This document shows positions 1 to 6,558 of a stretch of 21,479 bases of DNA, piece by piece. The position numbers and the translations under genes were made by a program. This stretch comes from Alphaproteobacteria bacterium. Lineage in GTDB: Bacteria > Pseudomonadota > Alphaproteobacteria > UBA6615. Location of the stretch: NCBI GenBank assembly GCA_965261975.1, contig CBDHEC010000045.1, positions 1 to 21,479 on the forward strand. The letters are read 5' to 3'. The notes under the pieces are model-generated. The model made no database searches, had not been told where the DNA came from, and saw nothing but the letters and a program-made list of their open reading frames with translations. Every line of letters begins with the position of its first letter. Within the stretch, counting starts at the first letter, position 1.

Positions 1-1
1 C

Positions 2-2305
2 TGGCACAGCGACAGCAACATCGACGAACGCCTGTCCTTCCTTGAGCGCAAGGAGGCATCGCTGGCCCAGCAGCCCCCGACCGCCAAGCGCATCCCCTAT
101 TTCTGTTCGGGCTGCCCCCACAACACGTCCACGAAGGTACCCGAGGGCAGCCGCGCGCTGGCCGGGATCGGCTGCCATTTCATGGCGCTGTGGATGGACC
201 GGGACACCCAGACCTTCACCCATATGGGCGGCGAGGGCGTGACCTGGGTCGGCCAGGCACCGTTCAGCACCGACGACCATGTCTTCGTCAACCTGGGCGA
301 CGGCACCTATTATCACTCCGGCTACATGGCGATCCGCCAGGCCGTCGCGGCCGATGTGAACATCACCTACAAGATCCTGTTCAACGACGCGGTCGCAATG
401 ACCGGCGGCCAGCAGGTCGACGGCCCGCTGACCGTTCCCGCGATCACGCGGCAGGTCGAGGCCGAGGGCGTGAAACGCATCGTCGTGGTCAGCGACGAGC
501 CGGACAAATATCCGACCGGCGCCCCCTTCGCCCACGGTGTCTCCATCCATCACCGCGACGACCTGGACCAGGTGCAACGCGACCTGCGCGAGTACCCCGG
601 CGTGTCGGTGCTCGTCTACGACCAGACATGTGCGGCCGAAAAACGCCGGCGGCGCAAGCGCGGCACCTTCCCGGACCCGGCCAAGCGGGTGATGATCAAC
701 GAGGCCGTGTGCGAGGGCTGCGGCGACTGCTCGGTCAAATCCAACTGCCTGTCGGTGGTGCCGGTCGAGACCGAATTCGGCCGCAAGCGGGCGATCGACC
801 AGTCGAGCTGCAACAAGGATTTCTCTTGCGTCGACGGCTTCTGCCCGAGCTTCGTCACCATCGAGGGCGGCCAGCTGCGCCGGCCGGACACCACCACCCC
901 CGCCGGGGCCGATACGGCGTTCGACGGTGTCGAGTTGCCCGAGCCGACCCTGCCGGACCTGAACAACCCCTACGGTATCCTCGTCACCGGCGTCGGCGGC
1001 ACCGGGGTGGTGACCATCGGTGCGCTGCTCGGCATGGCCGCGCATATCGAAGGCCGTGGTGTCTCGGTGCTCGACATGACCGGGCTCGCCCAGAAGGGCG
1101 GCGCGGTCATCAGCCATGTGCGGATTGGCGAGAAACCGGAAGACCTGCACGCCGTGCGGATCGCCGCGGGCAGCGCGGATCTCGTTCTCGGTTGCGACCT
1201 GGTCGTGGCCGCCGGGGCGGATGCGGTGGCCCGCATGCAGCCCGGCCAGACCCATGCCGTGATCAACAGCCACGAGACGGTAACCGGTGACTTCACCCGC
1301 GACCCGGATTTCAACATCAACGCGCCGGAGATGCGACAGACCATCGAGGTCGCGGTGGGCGAAGCTGCCGCCGACTTCGTCGCCGGCACGCGATATGCGA
1401 CGGCGCTCCTGGGTGACTCGATCGCGACCAACCTCTTCATGCTCGGCTATGCCTGGCAGAAGGGCCTGATCCCGATCTCGGGCAGGGCCATCGATCAGGC
1501 GATCGAGCTGAACGCCGTGGTCGTGGATTTCAACCGGTCCGCCTTCCTGTGGGGCCGCCGGGCCGCGGTCGACGAGGCGCGCGTCGAGCGGGCCGCGGAG
1601 CCGGTGACGCCGTTACGCCTGCAGGCACCCGACATCGCCACGACCCTGGAGGACGTGGTCGAACGCCGCATTCGCTTCCTGACCGAATACCAGAACGAGG
1701 CCTATGCCCGGCGCTACAAGGATCTGGTGGTGCGGGTCCAGAAGGCCGAGGCCGACAAGGCCAAGGGCGCGGTCGGCCTCGCCGGCGCCGTGGCGCGCTA
1801 CTACTACAAGCTGCTCGCCTACAAGGACGAGTATGAGGTCGCACGGCTCTATACCGACGGCCAGTTCGCCCGCAAACTGCACGACCAGTTCGAGGGGGAC
1901 TACAAACTCAAGTTCCACATGGCCCCGCCCCTGTTCGCCAAGCGCGACCCGGCGACGGGTGAATTGCTGAAGCAGGAGTTCGGTCCCTGGATGATGACCG
2001 CGTTTCGCGCGCTCGCGGGCCTGAAATTCCTGCGCGGCACCGCCTTCGACCCCTTTGGCCGCTCGGCCGAACGCAAGCAGGAACGCCGGCTGATCGCAGA
2101 CTATGAAAAGGTGATCGAGGATGTCTGCGACGGGCTCAACCGGAGCAACCATGACCTTGCGATCGCCATCGCGTCGATCCCGGAGCATATCCGCGGCTAC
2201 GGCCATGTGAAGGACGAGCATCTGGCCAAGGCCAAGACCGAGGAAGCTGCCCTGCTCCGCGCCTTCCGCGACCCGAACGCCCCCCAGGCGAAGGCGGCAG
2301 AGTAG
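2..2305 (+). CDS. Indolepyruvate:ferredoxin oxidoreductase family protein, fused alpha/beta type (5' end outside the window)
   Basis: Frame is open from base 2 (WHSDSNID...RIPYFCSGCPHN...GIGCHFM). It has the TPP-binding GDGTYYHSG...N motif, the ferredoxin motif CEGCGDCSVKSNC...CNKDFSCVDGFCPSF, the POR gamma-like GVGGTGVVT...GLAQKGGAV motif and a C-terminal AYKDEYEVARLY/IRGYGHVK region. TAG stop at 2303-2305. Confidence 0.93.
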   Translation, partial: WHSDSNIDERLSFLERKEASLAQQPPTAKRIPYFCSGCPHNTSTKVPEGSRALAGIGCHFMALWMDRDTQTFTHMGGEGVTWVGQAPFSTDDHVFVNLGDGTYYHSGYMAIRQAVAADVNITYKILFNDAVAMTGGQQVDGPLTVPAITRQVEAEGVKRIVVVSDEPDKYPTGAPFAHGVSIHHRDDLDQVQRDLREYPGVSVLVYDQTCAAEKRRRRKRGTFPDPAKRVMINEAVCEGCGDCSVKSNCLSVVPVETEFGRKRAIDQSSCNKDFSCVDGFCPSFVTIEGGQLRRPDTTTPAGADTAFDGVELPEPTLPDLNNPYGILVTGVGGTGVVTIGALLGMAAHIEGRGVSVLDMTGLAQKGGAVISHVRIGEKPEDLHAVRIAAGSADLVLGCDLVVAAGADAVARMQPGQTHAVINSHETVTGDFTRDPDFNINAPEMRQTIEVAVGEAAADFVAGTRYATALLGDSIATNLFMLGYAWQKGLIPISGRAIDQAIELNAVVVDFNRSAFLWGRRAAVDEARVERAAEPVTPLRLQAPDIATTLEDVVERRIRFLTEYQNEAYARRYKDLVVRVQKAEADKAKGAVGLAGAVARYYYKLLAYKDEYEVARLYTDGQFARKLHDQFEGDYKLKFHMAPPLFAKRDPATGELLKQEFGPWMMTAFRALAGLKFLRGTAFDPFGRSAERKQERRLIADYEKVIEDVCDGLNRSNHDLAIAIASIPEHIRGYGHVKDEHLAKAKTEEAALLRAFRDPNAPQAKAAE

Positions 2306-2326
2306 AAGCGGCGCGCGACGCGCGGC

Positions 2327-2569
2327 CTAGAAGCCGATGGCGTTGCGGTAGACCTCAAGCAGGTGCTCCTGCTCCTGGCGTTCGGCCGGCTCGAGCTTCC
2401 GCAGGCGCACGATCTGGCGCATGGTCTTGGCATCGAACCCGGCCGACTTGGCCTCCGAATAGACCTCGCGGATGTCCGCGTTCAGGTTGGCGCGGTCTTC
2501 CTCCAGCCGCTCGACGCGCTCGATAAAGCTGCGCAGGCGATCGGCCGCAATTCCACCGGTGTCCGACAT
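2327..2569 (-). CDS. gapR: GapR / DUF2312 (UPF0335) nucleoid-associated DNA-binding protein
   Basis: 80 aa, IAADRLRSFIERVERLEED...DIREVYSEAKSAGFDAKTMRQIVRLRK...LLEVY is the recognisable DUF2312 signature. ATG at 2569 is preceded by GGAGAG. Confidence 0.92.
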   Translation of the reverse strand: MSDTGGIAADRLRSFIERVERLEEDRANLNADIREVYSEAKSAGFDAKTMRQIVRLRKLEPAERQEQEHLLEVYRNAIGF

Positions 2570-2693
2570 CAAATTCTCTCCGAAAACGAATGGCGCCGCG
2601 CGTATCGGCGACCCCTCGGCGTTTAACCCAATCGCCTGTGGAAAGGCAAAGGGCGCTTATCCGGCGCCTGTGCAAAACCCGTTCGGGCGCCGG

Positions 2694-3203
2694 TCAGCCG
2701 AGACGCTTTTCGAACCAGAGCTGGGCGTATGGATTGTCGTTGTAGCGCTCGATTTCCAGATAGCCGCAGCGGCGATAGAGCGCGTGCGCCTCGGAAAGCG
2801 CGCCATTGGAATCCAGTCGCACGCGGTCATGGCCCAGTTCCAGGGCGCGATCCTCCAGTGCGTCGAGTATACGGTAGCCGATCCCCAGCCCGCGCAGCGA
2901 GCTGTCGACCCACATGCGTTTGATCTCGGCAAAACCCGGCCCCACCGCCCCGGTCCGTGCGACCATGCCGCCGCAGCCGACCGGACGCGCCTCGACACGG
3001 GCAACGACGAACCGACCCGACGGAGCCGTCATGTCCGCATCCCCGTCCGCGCCACCGGCCCCGCCGGGGCCGGCATCGAACCCGCCGTCGAAGCGCGCCT
3101 TCAGTTCGTCGAAATAGCGGTCCCGGCACCACAGGGCGTCCGGGTCGGTGGGTGCCGCATCGTCGATGGTGACGGCGGCGATATCCTCAGGCGCGCGGGT
3201 CAG
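2694..3203 (-). CDS. GNAT family N-acetyltransferase (start codon uncertain)
   Basis: PVGCGG...AEIKRMWVDSSLRGLGIGYRIL (acetyl-CoA motif A)...VRLDSN...AHALYRRCGY.EIERYNDNPYA..WFEK, resembling the GNAT half of MarR-GNAT proteins. No ATG near the likely start; CTG at 3203 is used provisionally. Confidence 0.85.
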   Translation of the reverse strand: MTRAPEDIAAVTIDDAAPTDPDALWCRDRYFDELKARFDGGFDAGPGGAGGADGDADMTAPSGRFVVARVEARPVGCGGMVARTGAVGPGFAEIKRMWVDSSLRGLGIGYRILDALEDRALELGHDRVRLDSNGALSEAHALYRRCGYLEIERYNDNPYAQLWFEKRLG

Positions 3204-3502
3204 TGCCCGGCCTTTTCCTTCATCTTGGCGAGTTGTTCGGGTGTCGCCTCGGTCTGGTGCTTGTCCTTCCACTCCGCGTAAGGCATGCCGTAGACCATCT
3301 CGCGCACGGCCTCATAATCGATATCGACACCCTTGTCGTCGGCCGCCGCCTTGTACCATTTGGAAAGACAATTCCGGCAGAAGTCGGCCAGGTTCATCAG
3401 GTCAATATTCTGGACTTCCGGATGGTCACGCAGATGCTGCACCAGGGTGCGGAAAGCCGCAGCTTCCAGCTCGGTCTGGGTCTGGGTGTCGAGGTCGGCC
3501 AT
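3200..3502 (-). CDS. DUF1244 domain-containing protein
   Basis: 100 aa with ELEAAAFRTLVQHLR...VQNIDLMNLA.FCRNCLSKWY...REMVYGMPYAEWK..HQTEAT signature. ATG at 3502 with GGGAG upstream. Confidence 0.9.
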   Translation of the reverse strand: MADLDTQTQTELEAAAFRTLVQHLRDHPEVQNIDLMNLADFCRNCLSKWYKAAADDKGVDIDYEAVREMVYGMPYAEWKDKHQTEATPEQLAKMKEKAGH

Positions 3503-3539
3503 GTTCGTCTCCCGTTCGGATTCTCGGTGGTTGCCGATC

Positions 3540-3568
3540 AATATAGGCGCCAGATCCGCTGGTGCAAC
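3540..3568 (-). promoter_or_regulatory. Putative promoter for DUF1244 (RpoH/RpoD-like)
   Basis: Minus strand reads GTTGCA-N15-CCTATAT, similar to the rhizobial RpoH pattern CTTGnn-N15/16-CCTATAT, about 40 nt upstream of the ATG. Confidence 0.45.
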
Positions 3569-3582
3569 GTCGCCCCGTCTGA

Positions 3583-4011
3583 TCAGTCGATGTCAGCCGC
3601 GCGACGTCCCTCCCGGCGGCGGCGGTGACGCCCGCCGGACTTGTGACCATGGCCGCCATGACGACCGCGCCTGCGGCGTTCCGGCAGGGGCTGGTCGGGG
3701 TCGAGGAACCGCGTCAACGCCGCGCCGGCGGCTTCGATTGCGTCGTCACTTTCCGCTTCTGCGGTGAGCGAGTCGGTCGCCCGCGCGATGATAGCCGCCA
3801 CCGCCTCGTCGGAGAGGGTCGACGCATCGTCAGCCCGCAGGCCCCGCACAGCGACCACAACGGCCCAGGCGAGCGAACGCGGATCGTTCCAGGGTTCACT
3901 GCGCAGCCGATGGCGCCGCCGGCGCTGGCGTTCGGCGCCTGTCATCGGTGTTTCATTGATCGGAGGTCGTCCCATCGGTTCCGTCACTTGCCTGTTGGTT
4001 TCTTTCGACAT
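3583..4011 (-). CDS. Hypothetical 142-aa basic protein, putative DNA-binding
   Basis: ATG at 4011 with RBS AAAGGGAG 7 nt upstream and a near-consensus promoter. N-terminal GRPPINETPMTGAERQRRRRHRLR, Ala-rich helical core, Arg/His/Gly-rich tail. Fills the gap between DUF1244 and dps. Confidence 0.75.
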   Translation of the reverse strand: MSKETNRQVTEPMGRPPINETPMTGAERQRRRRHRLRSEPWNDPRSLAWAVVVAVRGLRADDASTLSDEAVAAIIARATDSLTAEAESDDAIEAAGAALTRFLDPDQPLPERRRRGRHGGHGHKSGGRHRRRREGRRAADID

Positions 4012-4023
4012 GATATGACTCCC

Positions 4024-4065
4024 TTTCGTTACTGTCACGTTATATATATTGTGACAGTAACGAAA
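4024..4065. repeat. Perfect 15-bp inverted repeat with 12-bp AT-rich spacer (putative operator)
   Basis: TTTCGTTACTGTCAC (4024-4038) - GTTATATATATT - GTGACAGTAACGAAA (4051-4065); the arms are exact reverse complements. Confidence 0.9.
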
Positions 4066-4072
4066 CGTCAAG
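4043..4072 (-). promoter_or_regulatory. Near-consensus sigma70 promoter for the 142-aa gene
   Basis: Minus strand CTTGAC (4072-4067) - N17 - ATATAT (4049-4044), compared with the rhizobial RpoD consensus CTTGAC-N17-CTATAT. Confidence 0.7.
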
Positions 4073-4091
4073 ATGAAACGCATCCGCGAAC

Positions 4092-4122
4092 AAAAAAAGC
4101 CGGGTACCCGAAGGTACCCGGC
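4092..4122 (-). terminator. Intrinsic terminator of dps
   Basis: Minus strand GCCGGGTACC-TTCG-GGTACCCGGC-TTTTTTT: 10-bp stem, C(UUCG)G tetraloop and U7 tail, 25 nt after the dps stop. Confidence 0.93.
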
Positions 4123-4147
4123 CCATCTGTCATGCTGGAAAGAACCG

Positions 4148-4636
4148 CTAGGCGAGGAAGCTTCGCAGCATCCAGGCGTTCTTTTCATGCAGGTTCATGC
4201 GCTGGGTCAGCAAATCGGCCGTCGGCTGGTCATTCGCCTCGTCCGCCCCGCTGAAAACCTCACGCGCGGTGCGGGCGACCGTCTCCTGGCCCTCGGCGAG
4301 CTGCTTGATCATGTCCGACGCACCGGGCACACCCTCGGCCTCGGGGATCGACGACAGTTCCGAGAACGCCGCATAACTGCCCGGTGCGGGGAAACCCAGC
4401 GCGCGGATACGTTCGGCGATCTCGTCCACCGCCACGGCCAGCTCGTTGTACTGCGCCTCGAACATGGTGTGCAGCGTGTTGAACATCGGGCCGGTGACGT
4501 TCCAGTGGAAATTATGGGTCTTGAGATACAGCGTGTAGGTGTCTGCCAACAGGCGGGACAGCCCGTCGGCGATGTCGCGACGCTGGTCTTCGGGGATGCC
4601 GATATTGACGCCAATCTGGCCGGGATTCTCTGACAT
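4148..4636 (-). CDS. dps: Dps family DNA starvation/stationary phase protection protein
   Basis: LYLKTHNFHWNVTGPMFNTLHTMFEAQY...DEIAERIRALG...HEKNAWML ferroxidase signature. ATG at 4636 with GAGGAG RBS. Confidence 0.95.
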   Translation of the reverse strand: MSENPGQIGVNIGIPEDQRRDIADGLSRLLADTYTLYLKTHNFHWNVTGPMFNTLHTMFEAQYNELAVAVDEIAERIRALGFPAPGSYAAFSELSSIPEAEGVPGASDMIKQLAEGQETVARTAREVFSGADEANDQPTADLLTQRMNLHEKNAWMLRSFLA

Positions 4637-4669
4637 GACCTGCTCCTCTGTCTCGTGCTTCAATCTTTG

Positions 4670-4686
4670 TTTAGAACAATTCTAAA
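4670..4686. promoter_or_regulatory. Iron control element (ICE), Irr-binding site
   Basis: TTTAGAA-CAA-TTCTAAA is an exact match to the ICE consensus TTTAGAA-N3-TTCTAAA, 34 nt upstream of an iron-storage gene. Confidence 0.85.
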
Positions 4687-4712
4687 TATAAGCCGGAGCC
4701 CACAGATTACAA
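4685..4712 (-). promoter_or_regulatory. Putative dps promoter
   Basis: Minus strand TTGTAA-N16-TATATT, whose -10 element overlaps the ICE. Confidence 0.5.
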
Positions 4713-4890
4713 TGGGTTGGCGAAGGTTTTTTTGACCCAGATCACCCGCGCGCGCCATGCGCGCAGCATCCGGGATTTAGCGCAGGCGCCACATGCGACG
4801 ATGCCGATGAACGGCCCCGGCGCCGGTAAAGCGAGGCTGCCTCGGTCGGATCTGAGGTGCAGGCCGAAAATCGCGGCGTGCTCAACGATC

Positions 4891-6173
<1,283 letters not shown>

Positions 6174-6222
6174 GCCGATCTGTTCCAAACACCTGTGCGA
6201 AACTCATACCCCGGATACAGTT

Positions 6223-6245
6223 CGGCGCGGGACAAGCCCGCGCCG
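6223..6245. other. GC-rich hairpin downstream of the 44-aa gene (possible terminator or RNA-stability element)
   Basis: CGGCGCGGG-ACAAG-CCCGCGCCG, a perfect 9-bp stem. No clean U tract on the minus strand. Confidence 0.5.
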
Positions 6246-6288
6246 CACCTTTCACCCTGTCGCCGCCAGGGTACTGGGGTTCTGGGGA

Positions 6289-6423
6289 CTATTCGGCGGC
6301 GGCCTGGTGTTGTTCGGTCTTGCGCTGCTTGCCGCTTTCCCAGGTGAGCCAACCGGCCACGATACTGAATGCCAGCATGCCGGCAGCGACGATTCCCAGG
6401 ACAAAAATGTTTTCGAAGGGCAT
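6289..6423 (-). CDS. Small (44 aa) single-pass membrane protein
   Basis: MPFENIFVLGIVAAGMLAFSIVAGWLTWESGKQRKTEQHQAAAE, with strong RBS AAGGAG 7 nt before the ATG, one hydrophobic helix followed by KQRK. It is hidden as the tail of the 6289..7023 track ORF. Confidence 0.8.
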   Translation of the reverse strand: MPFENIFVLGIVAAGMLAFSIVAGWLTWESGKQRKTEQHQAAAE

Positions 6424-6478
6424 AGCGAAGCTCCTTGTTGAATTTTCAACAAACTGCCTGCGTGCCGGCCCGGTTTCA

Positions 6479-6492
6479 TTGATCTGGATCAA
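6479..6492. promoter_or_regulatory. FNR/FixK/FnrL box
   Basis: TTGAT-CTGG-ATCAA is an exact match to TTGAT-N4-ATCAA, in the divergent gap between the small gene and uvrB. Confidence 0.82.
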
Positions 6493-6558
6493 CTTCTCCA
6501 CCGGGCTTGACTGCACCCGGACTGGCCATCGCGCCCCCGCGCGCCCTATATAGATGCC

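Noticed and set aside
2306-2326. Terminator between the convergent oxidoreductase and gapR genes
   Set aside because: Only a short GCGCG-CGA-CGCGC stem with no U tract on either strand.
4024-4065. Inverted repeat as a dif/loxP-type recombination site, MITE end or terminator
   Set aside because: No resemblance to XerC/D arms, the 12-bp spacer is too long for tyrosine recombinase cores, there is no recombinase or target duplication nearby, and it aligns exactly with promoter elements.
4012-4188. N-terminal extension of the unknown protein given in the ORF track (201 aa)
   Set aside because: It runs through the dps stop, the terminator and the promoter. The RBS supports ATG 4011.
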